A stretch of DNA of 12,890 nucleotides from a virus (taxonomy: Duplodnaviria > Heunggongvirae > Uroviricota > Caudoviricetes). Numbering within the stretch: position 1 is the first letter of the stretch; each line of letters opens with the position of its first letter. Of the stretch, positions 1-7,751 are shown piece after piece. Below the pieces are notes generated by a model, which searched no databases, was not told the origin of the DNA, and saw only the letters and a list, made by a program, of their open reading frames with translations. The stretch spans positions 1 through 12,890 of IMG/VR virus record IMGVR_UViG_2703718777_000025; one strand, given 5' to 3'. A program made the position numbers and the translations under genes.

Positions 1-342
1 ATGATGAAAAAAAGTATTCTGGCGTTTCTGTTACTCACCAGTTCTGCAGCGGCGCTGGCTGCACCGCAGGTGATTACCGTCAGTCGTTTTGAAGTGGGTA
101 AAGACAAATGGGCGTTTAATCGCGAAGAGGTGATGCTGACTTGCCGACCGGGTAATGCTTTGTATGTTATTAATCCGAGTACCCTCGTGCAGTATCCTTT
201 AAACGATATCGCACAAAAGGAAGTTGCCAGTGGGAAGACCAATGCCCAACCCATTTCGGTGATTCAGATTGATGATCCTAACAATCCCGGCGAAAAAATG
301 AGTCTGGCACCGTTTATAGAACGAGCTGAAAAACTCTGTTAA
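1..342 (+). CDS. yebY: Small secreted protein with N-terminal signal peptide, YebY-like (host chromosomal gene)
   Basis: 113-aa ORF starting [22 protein letters not shown] (hydrophobic core plus AxA-type cleavage site), followed by a terminator. The YebY name is recalled from memory, not searched. Confidence 0.7.
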   Translation: MMKKSILAFLLLTSSAAALAAPQVITVSRFEVGKDKWAFNREEVMLTCRPGNALYVINPSTLVQYPLNDIAQKEVASGKTNAQPISVIQIDDPNNPGEKMSLAPFIERAEKLC

Positions 343-376
343 TTACCTAAAATAGCCTTTTGATTTCCAATAAAAA

Positions 377-413
377 AACCGCCTCAGTTCTTTCACCAGA
401 ACGGGCGGTTTTT
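377..413 (+). terminator. Rho-independent terminator after the yebY-like gene
   Basis: A-run, then stem CCGCC(379-383)/GGCGG(404-408) with inner stem GTTCT/AGAAC, then T-run 409-413. Confidence 0.7.
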
Positions 414-500
414 AACATTTCAGCTGATGACCACCACGCTTTTTATTGACCATTTTGCACGCAAACTGGAAAACCTGGCGTCGTCATCTATTCTTAAAGG

Positions 501-603
501 GCAAGGCAACTAAGCCTGCATTAATGCCAACTTTTAGCGCACGGCTCTCTCCCAAGAGCCATTTCCCTGGACCGAATACAGGAATCGTATTCGGTCTTTT
601 TTT
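501..603 (+). ncRNA. sdsR: sdsR (RyeB) sigma-S-dependent small RNA
   Basis: Starts GCAAGGCAACTAAGCCTGCATTAATGCC, matching my recollection of SdsR. Ends with an 8-bp-stem hairpin CCGAATAC/GTATTCGG (572-594) and a T-run to 603. Possible -10 CTATTCT at 488-494. RyeA/SraC would be antisense across this. Confidence 0.7.
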
Positions 604-734
604 AATTGTATTTAAAATCAATTAGTTGCAAACGTCTCCCCGAAATTCCCCGAAATTTACTCGAATTTCTGTATTCCGGTCTTTTTTGGTTATATCACAA
701 CCAAAATACATTTAACAATCCATTTACGTAAAAA
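604..734. other. Candidate attL junction region
   Basis: Lies between the sdsR terminator and the int stop codon. Contains an 11-bp tandem direct repeat (T)CCCCGAAATT x2 at 637-658 and a degenerate second copy of the sdsR 3' end, GTATTCCGGTCTTTTTT at 671-687 versus GTATTCGGTCTTTTTTT at 587-603. The exact core cannot be set without attR. Confidence 0.4.
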
Positions 735-1811
735 TCAGAGCAGTAAGTACGTTTTTTCTCTCTCATCAAGATACAGTTTTGTTGTCTTCTCCGATGTGTG
801 ACCAAGTAGGCGCTGGGCAAATTCTTCTCCACATGTTTCTTTGTACAATCGTCCAGCCAGACTTCTGATCTCGTGAAAAGTTGGTGGGTTTTCACTGAAC
901 TGAATACCTGTTAATTTTCTGGCTGCGACAAATTTTTTTGTCAGGCCATCCGGGTGAATGCTGCCGTCAGGGCTGTTTTTTCTAATCCCGGCACTGATTA
1001 GATAATCTCCCCGGCTTACCAGGCGGCACCGTTCAACTACTGTACCAAGCCGTAGGCCAGCGACAGGAAGGCTGAGTGACAAGGGGATAGCAATCATCAT
1101 TCCTGTCTTAATTTGCCTGATGTGGAGACGATCATCATAAATATCACTGAACCGCATATTCGTTATGTCTTCGCGACGTTGTCCTGTTACAAGGGCTAAA
1201 TCCATAGCTAATGGGAACCATGCCGGAAGTTGATCTGCTGCCTCCCTGATGCAGTTGTATGTCTTTAGTTTCAGTCGTTCTCTTGTAACTACTATTTTCG
1301 GTGCTCTTGTTGGTGTTACTGGATTTTGAGATATACGTCCTTCAACAATGGCCTCGCGGAACATATCAGATAACACAGAACGCATTGATCCTGCCATCGT
1401 GTTTTTCCCTCCTTCAATCCACAAATCAAGAAACTCGGCAATATGGCGAGTGGTTATTTCTGTCAGTAAAATCTCTCCCAATTTTTCTTTTATTGTCTCC
1501 AGTTGATTTACCCGAATTTTATAAGTATTTCTGGACACTTTTCTCCTTATAAGAATCGTTTTGTAACGTTCAATCCAGTCTGCCATAGTAAATGAGTCGA
1601 ACCCTTTAAGTTTTTCAATTAAGGCAGCAGTAGAGTAGTTTTTGTATATATAATGATTTGCTTCAATTGCCTGCGCGATTGCATCTCTTCTTGAAATTTT
1701 ACCTAGTGTAAATTCTTCTTTCGTCAGAGGGTTGCGCCAGTAATATGCTTTGTCCCTCCTTCGATATGTTAAGTTTTTAGGCAAATTGGGATCGTATTTT
1801 TTCCGCTGCAT
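735..1811 (-). CDS. int: Tyrosine site-specific integrase, lambda Int family
   Basis: 358 aa. The N-terminus aligns with lambda Int (NLPKNL...YYWRNPLTKEEF versus lambda DLPPNL...YYCYRDPRTGKEF) and the C-terminus has the PTFHEIRSLAGRLY and LLGH motifs. ATG confirmed at 1809-1811. Confidence 0.95.
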   Translation of the reverse strand: MQRKKYDPNLPKNLTYRRRDKAYYWRNPLTKEEFTLGKISRRDAIAQAIEANHYIYKNYSTAALIEKLKGFDSFTMADWIERYKTILIRRKVSRNTYKIRVNQLETIKEKLGEILLTEITTRHIAEFLDLWIEGGKNTMAGSMRSVLSDMFREAIVEGRISQNPVTPTRAPKIVVTRERLKLKTYNCIREAADQLPAWFPLAMDLALVTGQRREDITNMRFSDIYDDRLHIRQIKTGMMIAIPLSLSLPVAGLRLGTVVERCRLVSRGDYLISAGIRKNSPDGSIHPDGLTKKFVAARKLTGIQFSENPPTFHEIRSLAGRLYKETCGEEFAQRLLGHTSEKTTKLYLDEREKTYLLL

Positions 1812-2058
1812 GTTTTAACTTCTCCAGTAACGGACTGTCTCTCCCTTGTCGCCCATTAGGCTGATGGTGTGTTATATCGGTATCAACCTTATTTGGGTTG
1901 ATATAGAAAGCTTCCGGAACCACCCTGTAACTCCTCCCGTGTAGTTCAGGTGCAGGATAAATGTTTCCATTCCTTGCCCATCGTCTCAGCGTTGATATTG
2001 ATGGTGGGTTATCCGGATATCTGAGTTTTCCCCACGTTTTGAGTGTCACAAGATTCAT
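1777..2058 (-). CDS. xis: Excisionase (Xis-like)
   Basis: Directly upstream of int and overlapping it by 35 nt. The MNLVTLKTW...TLRRWARNGNIYP region resembles lambda Xis. Start placed at the second ATG (2058), which has AAGAGG 7 nt upstream; the ATG at 2064 is the alternative. Confidence 0.8.
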   Translation of the reverse strand: MNLVTLKTWGKLRYPDNPPSISTLRRWARNGNIYPAPELHGRSYRVVPEAFYINPNKVDTDITHHQPNGRQGRDSPLLEKLKHAAEKIRSQFA

Positions 2059-2080
2059 TGCCATACCTCTTACGATATGA

Positions 2081-2109
2081 CCGCCAGTAAATATACAGAA
2101 TACTGGCGG
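2081..2109. promoter_or_regulatory. Perfect 9-bp inverted repeat just upstream of xis
   Basis: CCGCCAGTA(2081-2089), 11-nt loop, TACTGGCGG(2101-2109), lying between the ydaC-like stop and the xis ribosome binding site. Confidence 0.3.
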
Positions 2110-2164
2110 GTGTGGTTGATTTTTAATAATCAGCTATGAAGTTCTAATTTGTATATAATGCAAC

Positions 2165-2353
2165 TCACGAGGACAGAAGTTTCTCGCAATTAAAATTTAT
2201 CAGCTTTACTTTCTGCTCTCTGGACACGCCTGCTTCTTTTTTCCCTGAGAGCATTTTTTCGCATTCTGATTTCGTTAATTTAGATTTTGAATATCTTGTC
2301 CAGTTAGTAGGAGTGCCACCTTCTTTTTCAATAGTGGCAGTTATTTTATACAT
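2165..2353 (-). CDS. Small hypothetical protein, YdaC-like, translationally coupled to lar
   Basis: 62-aa reading (MYKITATIEKEGG...) starting at ATG 2351-2353 with GGAGGTG upstream. This ATG lies inside the last codons of lar (GGA GGT GTT CAT GTA TAA). The longer 86-aa track ORF has no ribosome binding site. Confidence 0.6.
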   Translation of the reverse strand: MYKITATIEKEGGTPTNWTRYSKSKLTKSECEKMLSGKKEAGVSREQKVKLINFNCEKLLSS

Positions 2354-2540
2354 GAACACCTCCATTATTATTTCCAGTAGTTCGTTTATTCCATCTTTCG
2401 AGTGCTTCTTTTTCACTTCCACCATAGCCAGTTCGGGATTCGCATCCGTTGCATTTTGCCCGGTAATATCCTGAAATTGCTTTCACTGTAACAGATGGAC
2501 AACCACAAAACGGACATGGTTTAACATCGTCATATCTCAT
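2346..2540 (-). CDS. ralR: Restriction alleviation protein Lar/RalR (zinc-binding CxxC...CxxC)
   Basis: MRYDDVKPCPFCGCPSVTVKAISGYYRAKCNGCESRTGYGGSEKEALERWNKR, 64 aa from ATG 2538-2540, matching the Rac RalR length. Upstream in-frame ATGs at 2552 and 2579 are alternatives; none has a strong Shine-Dalgarno. Confidence 0.8.
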   Translation of the reverse strand: MRYDDVKPCPFCGCPSVTVKAISGYYRAKCNGCESRTGYGGSEKEALERWNKRTTGNNNGGVHV

Positions 2541-2596
2541 AATTTTTGTCATAAAAACTGTCTCGCGTTGGCGGTGCATTACACCGCCAGGCTGAA

Positions 2597-3406
2597 TTAT
2601 TCTTCTGAATTATCGATCACACTGTATTCCCCGGTTAATACAGAGGAGTCTGCCGGATCGATTGTCAGTGGTTCCTTTTCATCCATTGATACTGCACGCT
2701 GGATTTCAATTGAGACAGGCAGGTATTTAAACAGGCGACGAATAGCCGTTTTTTTTGCCATTTCTTCCCAGTGAGTTACCCATGGCCCGTTATTACCAGC
2801 CTTACTCTGGCTGCGCACCAGCTCAATCTGTTTGCGCGTCATAACTTCAAACTGAGTACCTCCGTCTTTCAGTCTTGCGACAGCATAGACGTGGGTAACC
2901 GGGGCATCTTCGTTTTCTCCTGGGCGGTGTATTAACTTTTCATCAAGGCCAAATTCGAAATTAAATTCGTCACCTTCACGGACAACACGGGCTGACAGGC
3001 TGGCGATTTGACCTGAACGGCGAGCCAGATCAATCATGCCGCGATAGCCAATGATTAGCTGAACGTTTTTTTTACCGCTCTTTTCGTTTTTATTACCAAA
3101 AGGCAGTAAATATGCATGACCGAGGGCGCTACCTGGCTCAAGCCCGAGCTGTGAACACTGTACGATTGCACTGACAAAACTCATAGTGTCACAGTTTCCT
3201 AACGCCGGAACTTTACGAATTTCTGTGGTGGCGATACGGATCATACGTTCAGCCGTCATATGGCGTGGAAGAGCTGCTGCCAGTTGCTCTTTCATTGATG
3301 GCTGGTTAATAAAACTAATCACGTCGTTATTTTTAATTGCTGCTGGTGCACGGTTTCCCTGAGTTTTTTGCAGATCGGCTTTTGCGATTGGTGGTTGCTT
3401 AGTCAT
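2597..3406 (-). CDS. recT: RecT single-strand annealing recombinase
   Basis: 269 aa from [23 protein letters not shown], essentially the Rac RecT sequence as I recall it. AAGGA ribosome binding site 8 nt upstream. Start overlaps the recE stop at 3399-3406. Confidence 0.95.
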   Translation of the reverse strand: MTKQPPIAKADLQKTQGNRAPAAIKNNDVISFINQPSMKEQLAAALPRHMTAERMIRIATTEIRKVPALGNCDTMSFVSAIVQCSQLGLEPGSALGHAYLLPFGNKNEKSGKKNVQLIIGYRGMIDLARRSGQIASLSARVVREGDEFNFEFGLDEKLIHRPGENEDAPVTHVYAVARLKDGGTQFEVMTRKQIELVRSQSKAGNNGPWVTHWEEMAKKTAIRRLFKYLPVSIEIQRAVSMDEKEPLTIDPADSSVLTGEYSVIDNSEE

Positions 3407-6080
3407 TTGCATATTCCTTAGCCCAGCGGGGCAGTGATAACGTCTTAATAGCTGGCCATTCATTGGTATTGAGGCAGTCAGCCAGGGTTCGCAGATTGCG
3501 GTGATATTCCAGCTGACCTGCCAGTTTTGCTTCTTCGCCCATCATGAAAATTTCAACCGGATAACGTCCGCATTCAATAGTTGTGCTGGCAACCAGAAAA
3601 ACGAAAGTTGGCTGCACTCCAAACTGTGCTTCATAACCGTCACTGTAGAATGCATCCTGAACGTGATAGCGGTAGTCGTAATAAGCGGTTTTGAATCGTT
3701 GAATATCCGCCGTAGTTTTCACGTCCATGATCCAGTGAAATTCAGGGATAATTTTGTCCGGACGGCACCGACACAAAATTCCTGTTTCAGGATCTTCCCA
3801 GTAAATTGATGATTCAGCGTGTCCGGCGCTTTCAACAAGCCATTGCCCCAGCGGCAAAGCCATAACGCTTTGATACATGAGTTCAATTTTCAGACCTTCT
3901 TCCGCAGTGATAACCGTTTTTCCTGTGCTTGCGCATTCCATCAGAAACGCTTTCTCTTCTTCTTTTCCGGCGTTTGTACGGCGGTTAAATTCAGGTGCTA
4001 CGATAAAGCGGTTACTGAATTCTTCCGGTTCAAGTACCCGGCAGTGGAAAGCGGTTCCTAAATCGAGCGTTTTTGTCTTTGTGTTGTCCACGGGGGCATT
4101 TTTACGCCACAAATACAGTGCCGGAGTATCAGCAATGTCATCGAGCTGAGACTTACTGACACCGGGACCTACGTGGTAATTCTCATTCGAAATTCCGTAA
4201 TAAATACCTGGCTCTATGTCTTCTACGATTACGGGATCTGCGACTTCGCCAGTTTCATCACTGCAATCGCGATGCGGATCGCTGCCATCGTTCTCCTTGT
4301 GCGGATGTTCAGCACCTTCCATTTCCTCCAGACCTTTTTCCTGATATTCATTCTGATTTTCTTCATTAAAGGTTTTCTGATACGTTGCGTCGCCCATCAC
4401 CGCGCCGCAGTCAGGACAGTTGCCGCCGCCAGCCTGACCGCAGGCGATGCAAACTTTCTCCGTTTCCTGTTGTTGCACTACTGGCTCAGGCTGTTCCGTT
4501 TCTGGCTCGTTTTGTTGCGTATTTGGGTCGTTCTGTTCCGCTTTCTGGTCGTTATGTTCCGTTTCTGGCTGATTCTGGTACACAGAGTCGCGGGTCTGGA
4601 TCCCCTTAACCCATTTCGGATCATTCGGGTCGCTAATCCCTTCAACAAATTCTCCGCGAGAGGCAGCCAGTAATTTGTCTGCATCGACAGGATTTTTGGG
4701 CGGAATGTTTTTCCGGGCTTCATGGAGTTCTGCCCGCAGTTTCTGATATTTCGCATCAACAGAATTTACCTGTGACTGAGCATCCAGCGACTGCGTGTCC
4801 TGATGATGTTCAGTTGCATCCGGTTCCACTGTTTCAGCCGTTGCCTGTTCATCTGCCATTGCGCAAGATGGTTGCAGTTTTTCTTCATCATCCTGTTTTT
4901 CTTCTTCTTCTGTTACACGCTGCGGCATCGGGGCAGAGGAACGACCGCAGGCAATATCCACGATTTCCGGATCAGGGTTGGCATGATCAGTTTCAGTCAG
5001 TACTTTGTTCAGATATTCAGTGACGTGTGCGGGGGTAACCTCGATCCCAATTGGTGCTTCTTTTACGGACGCAACCACGATGGCGCGGGAATAATCCAGC
5101 CCGCCAGGCATGGTGATGAATTTGTCGCGGAAAACAGAAAAGGGCGGTTTATTTTCAGCGATAATTTCCTCGACACGTTTAGCGTGTGCCGGATGAAGGT
5201 TATAAATGTCCACGTCCATTGAACGAGCCAGTACGCCAGTGGCTACGTCGCGCGCCAGTGACGTCAGATCGTGAACGAAACCTTCGCCGCGATCGGTGAG
5301 GTTCCCGCCGCCAGCATTAGCGCCGGAAGCCGTGCGCGTGATGCGTGAAACACGATTTCCTTTCATCCACTCTTTTGTCAGCAGACCACGATCGGTGTAG
5401 TCTGCGTCCAGGTATGCTTCGAAAAAAGCAGTCATCAGCCCCAGGCTTGAATTGCCTGGATTAGGGAAAACTCTGTCAGTATCACGCACCAGTTTGTGGA
5501 GATCGCGAATTTCCAGCGGGTCGAGCAGGCTGGTTTTGTGGGAAACAGCCAGGGCAGTAACAGCTGGTAGTTCTTCAGCTCGTGCAATGTGTAATGCCTG
5601 GAGTTCGTCGCGTGAAACGTGCGTCACCGGTTTTTCGCTGCCGTGTTGAGCAAGCCAGCGAATGGGCAGCTCCTGACCGGAAATCGGGAGTAGCATATTC
5701 TCCTCAATCTCCGTCATGTCTTCGCCATTAACATTGGTATTGTCAGTGCTGGCTGGTTTGTCCTGCGCAGAGGATGAGGGCGCGATAAATACCATTGTGA
5801 TGCCATCTTCCCCGCCTTTTTCGTAACGGTTGCAGAATTCCGTATCAAATACGCCTTCTGGCGGGAGGTCATCAACAACGGGCAAATTGACGCGAACAGG
5901 TTTTTTGAAGTCATCTTCATCGTAGCCAGCATCATCAATCGCAACAGCACCACGGGAGATGGCAATGGATAATTTTTTCGCTTCAGCCCAGTAAAAACCG
6001 CCTTTAATACCGAGACGTTTTCTGACTTTGTCATTTTTTGCTTCGTAATACAGTGGGTAAACTTGTTTATCGGTGCTCAT
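3399..6080 (-). CDS. recE: RecE exonuclease VIII (5'-3' dsDNA exonuclease)
   Basis: 893 aa. The C-terminal two-thirds match my recollection of Rac RecE ([40 protein letters not shown]...[10 protein letters not shown]). Has an internal CxxC...CxxC motif ([16 protein letters not shown]). The first ~100 aa look different from the K-12 protein. Confidence 0.95.
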   Translation of the reverse strand: MSTDKQVYPLYYEAKNDKVRKRLGIKGGFYWAEAKKLSIAISRGAVAIDDAGYDEDDFKKPVRVNLPVVDDLPPEGVFDTEFCNRYEKGGEDGITMVFIAPSSSAQDKPASTDNTNVNGEDMTEIEENMLLPISGQELPIRWLAQHGSEKPVTHVSRDELQALHIARAEELPAVTALAVSHKTSLLDPLEIRDLHKLVRDTDRVFPNPGNSSLGLMTAFFEAYLDADYTDRGLLTKEWMKGNRVSRITRTASGANAGGGNLTDRGEGFVHDLTSLARDVATGVLARSMDVDIYNLHPAHAKRVEEIIAENKPPFSVFRDKFITMPGGLDYSRAIVVASVKEAPIGIEVTPAHVTEYLNKVLTETDHANPDPEIVDIACGRSSAPMPQRVTEEEEKQDDEEKLQPSCAMADEQATAETVEPDATEHHQDTQSLDAQSQVNSVDAKYQKLRAELHEARKNIPPKNPVDADKLLAASRGEFVEGISDPNDPKWVKGIQTRDSVYQNQPETEHNDQKAEQNDPNTQQNEPETEQPEPVVQQQETEKVCIACGQAGGGNCPDCGAVMGDATYQKTFNEENQNEYQEKGLEEMEGAEHPHKENDGSDPHRDCSDETGEVADPVIVEDIEPGIYYGISNENYHVGPGVSKSQLDDIADTPALYLWRKNAPVDNTKTKTLDLGTAFHCRVLEPEEFSNRFIVAPEFNRRTNAGKEEEKAFLMECASTGKTVITAEEGLKIELMYQSVMALPLGQWLVESAGHAESSIYWEDPETGILCRCRPDKIIPEFHWIMDVKTTADIQRFKTAYYDYRYHVQDAFYSDGYEAQFGVQPTFVFLVASTTIECGRYPVEIFMMGEEAKLAGQLEYHRNLRTLADCLNTNEWPAIKTLSLPRWAKEYAND
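4492..4575. repeat. Four imperfect 21-bp tandem repeats inside recE
   Basis: Units TGTTCCGTTTCTGGCTCGTTT / TGTTGCGTATTTGGGTCGTTC / TGTTCCGCTTTCTGGTCGTTA / TGTTCCGTTTCTGGCTGATTC. They encode heptad-like [28 protein letters not shown] in the RecE frame. Confidence 0.8.
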
Positions 6081-6151
6081 TGTTTTTTAACCTCAACTCA
6101 GATTAAAATTCGTTTTGTTCAGTGAATGATCTTGCCGGATACACACTGTTC

Positions 6152-6176
6152 ATAGCCTGCGCCATACGCAGGCTAT
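6152..6176 (+). terminator. Strong hairpin in the racC-recE intergenic region
   Basis: ATAGCCTGCG(6152-6161), loop CCATA, CGCAGGCTAT(6167-6176), followed on the plus strand by TTCTTTC. It reads as a terminator only for plus-strand (antisense) transcripts; on the minus strand no U-tract follows. Confidence 0.35.
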
Positions 6177-6181
6177 TTCTT

Positions 6182-6457
6182 TCAGATTTCACCTTTTAAT
6201 TTCATTGCAATTAGAGTTGCCAGAAATTCGGCTTTTTTTTCTGCGGGCAGATTCTTTCCGATATGCACCAGGCACATTTTTTTGACACCTTCATCAAGTG
6301 TTTTTACGTTGCCTGATGGACCATCGATATCAACCACAGTGAATGGGGTTTCTTTATTTTCTGTTTTAATTACGTAGCCAATGCGCTTTCCTTCCAGATT
6401 CACCTCGTGAACAATGTCATCGGTAGTTACAACAGTGGCTTCATAATTGGTAATCAT
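6182..6457 (-). CDS. racC: RacC
   Basis: 91 aa from MITNYEATVVTTDDIVHEVNLEGKRIGYVIKTENK, matching my recollection of Rac RacC. GGAG ribosome binding site upstream of ATG 6455-6457. Confidence 0.9.
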   Translation of the reverse strand: MITNYEATVVTTDDIVHEVNLEGKRIGYVIKTENKETPFTVVDIDGPSGNVKTLDEGVKKMCLVHIGKNLPAEKKAEFLATLIAMKLKGEI

Positions 6458-6531
6458 GTTTTTCTCCTTAATTAAGGTTGAGCGAATACCTGCCATTTCT
6501 GGCATAAATTCAGTTTCGAATAGTCAATTAA

Positions 6532-6702
6532 TTAAAGTTCATGTGCCATCTGGTCTTTTTCGGCACAAGATTCACTGCAATATTTTCTCGGTTCGTCTTT
6601 TGATAAAATCCCGTGCATGAAGTGAAGCATTCTTTCAATAGCTTTGCTTTCTTCAACGTCTTTTTTGCAAAGGTGGTAAGCACATTTTATTTTCTTAGTC
6701 AT
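6532..6702 (-). CDS. ydaE: YdaE-like small cysteine-rich (zinc-binding) protein
   Basis: Not in the supplied ORF track. My own translation of the minus strand gives 56 aa [56 protein letters not shown]. Its start codon overlaps the kilR stop codon. Confidence 0.85.
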   Translation of the reverse strand: MTKKIKCAYHLCKKDVEESKAIERMLHFMHGILSKDEPRKYCSESCAEKDQMAHEL

Positions 6703-6923
6703 CACCATGACTCCGCCTTTACAGGTAAACCATCACGACCGAGGAAGACTTTAATCATGCGGTCAGTAATGCATGTTTTTGTGGTCAGGTTACGAATATA
6801 TAGTTTTCGCTTTTTAATATTGTTTGCCGAGGCAATATATGTCCGGCCTTCATGAAGAACATAATCGCCAGGAGTCACACACTGACGTGGTATTTCATCA
6901 GTTCCGAAGTGATGTGCAATCAT
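6702..6923 (-). CDS. kilR: KilR cell-division (FtsZ) inhibitor
   Basis: 73 aa from [32 protein letters not shown], matching Rac KilR. GGAG ribosome binding site 6 nt upstream of ATG 6921-6923; the longer track ORF starts inside that site. Confidence 0.9.
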   Translation of the reverse strand: MIAHHFGTDEIPRQCVTPGDYVLHEGRTYIASANNIKKRKLYIRNLTTKTCITDRMIKVFLGRDGLPVKAESW

Positions 6924-7096
6924 AATTATCTCCATTTTTACAAATGAACTTTGTTGATGCGGTGCCTGGTGCCTCCAGGTGACTGCAACCAGTTAACAAT
7001 TACAGTCGGCTTTCCCACCCAAACCAATAAGGACTAACATGACTTTTAACTGTGCCACGTGCGCTTAGCCGCATTCACCGCATCACAAAATTCACT

Positions 7097-7145
7097 TAAA
7101 AAAGGGCGGACATCAGCCGAACTTCAAGAAAAAACTGATGCCGCC
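7097..7145 (-). terminator. Candidate intrinsic terminator for leftward (minus-strand) transcription, upstream of kilR
   Basis: Stem GGCGGACATCAG(7105-7116)/CTGATGCCGCC(7135-7145), 11 bp with a one-base bulge and an 18-nt loop. On the minus strand it is followed at once by U6 (reverse complement of A-run 7098-7103). Confidence 0.35.
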
Positions 7146-7324
7146 AGGACTACACACAGCAATGTCGTTATTTACAACCGGAGGCGCACTCCCACCATTT
7201 AAATTTAACAGACAAGACCGACTCTTTATGGATATCGGAAATGCGCCTTCGTGTTGTGCCCGGTTTTATTTCACCACCTCCGGGCTTCGGTGGTTTTCGT
7301 TATTCCCCAACAGCGAAAATTAGG

Positions 7325-7675
7325 TTAATCTGAATATCCCCCAACAGATGGAAGGATTTTTCTATGCTCGAAAATCAGACCTTGAAGGTTGCCTGCCCTG
7401 ATTGCGGCAGTGAGATGCTCAAGCGGCCCGATGATTTTGACTTTGACACTAATTTCGTTGGCGTTAGTTGTGCCGAATGTGGTCGAGAAATCACTAAGGA
7501 CGATGTTATTAAGCAAGGAAAAAATGTAGTTCAGAAACAAGTCAATGACATGCTCCGGAACACCCTCAAAGGCAGCGGGTGGAAGTTTAAATAACCCATG
7601 TATCGCACTAAAGTGTTCCGTTACTTCTGTAGCGTCTATGGTAAGTTTGATAGGCGCTATTTTCACTCCCGTCAT
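7325..7675 (-). CDS. Hypothetical 116-aa protein, first ORF downstream of a strong leftward promoter
   Basis: ATG 7673-7675 with GAGGTG 6 nt upstream; about 70-nt leader from the promoter at 7752-7780. Fully overlaps the zinc-ribbon ORF on the other strand, so one of the two may be spurious. Confidence 0.45.
   Translation of the reverse strand: MTGVKIAPIKLTIDATEVTEHFSAIHGLFKLPPAAFEGVPEHVIDLFLNYIFSLLNNIVLSDFSTTFGTTNANEISVKVKIIGPLEHLTAAIRAGNLQGLIFEHRKILPSVGGYSD
7364..7594 (+). CDS. Small zinc-ribbon protein (CPDCG...CAECG), function unknown
   Basis: 76 aa, ATG 7364 with GGAAGGA 7 nt upstream. Two CxxCG motifs about 23 residues apart are typical of a zinc ribbon. Lies entirely inside the antisense ORF 7325-7675. 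Confidence 0.5.
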   Translation: MLENQTLKVACPDCGSEMLKRPDDFDFDTNFVGVSCAECGREITKDDVIKQGKNVVQKQVNDMLRNTLKGSGWKFK

Positions 7676-7751
7676 ACATCACCTCAAATCTTTTCCCTTA
7701 ACGCCGGGTGGCGGAACTAAAACCTACAGCGCCGTGCTGTTCTCGATAGAA

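Noticed and set aside
695-895. Minus-strand 66-aa ORF overlapping the int 3' end and the att region
   Set aside because: Out of frame with int and without a ribosome binding site; its extension into 695-734 is more likely att or arm sequence than coding.
1301-1552. Plus-strand 83-aa ORF inside int
   Set aside because: Antisense to the integrase, hydrophobic low-complexity product.
2568-2774. Plus-strand 68-aa ORF antisense to the recT 3' end
   Set aside because: No ribosome binding site; recT is strongly supported on the opposite strand.
4492-4575. Possibility that the 21-bp tandem repeats are a CRISPR array
   Set aside because: The units are directly adjacent with no spacers, and they lie inside the RecE frame as in-frame heptad codons.
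4478-4759. Minus-strand 93-aa ORF in the +1 frame across the recE repeats
   Set aside because: Same strand as recE but out of frame and without its own ribosome binding site; kept only as evidence for frame-switch potential in the repeat array.
3501-5649. Plus-strand track ORFs inside recE (3501-3809, 3819-4061, 3877-4149, 4173-4673, 4385-4609, 4772-5023, 4803-5222, 5452-5649)
   Set aside because: All are antisense to a long, well-supported recE frame, have low-complexity or hydrophobic-repeat composition mirroring the recE repeats, and lack ribosome binding sites.
5714-6034. Minus-strand 106-aa ORF near the recE 5' end
   Set aside because: Alternative frame inside recE with no ribosome binding site and atypical composition; most likely spurious.
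6613-6855. Plus-strand 80-aa ORF antisense to ydaE and kilR
   Set aside because: Overlaps two well-supported minus-strand genes and has no ribosome binding site.
6936-7060. Possible tRNA near the kilR upstream region
   Set aside because: Only a short hairpin (CCTGG/CCAGG at 6965-6979) was seen; no cloverleaf or conserved T-loop motif could be built by eye.
7138-7323. Plus-strand 61-aa ORF in the kilR-upstream region
   Set aside because: No Shine-Dalgarno, odd composition, and it spans predicted hairpins; the region is treated as non-coding.
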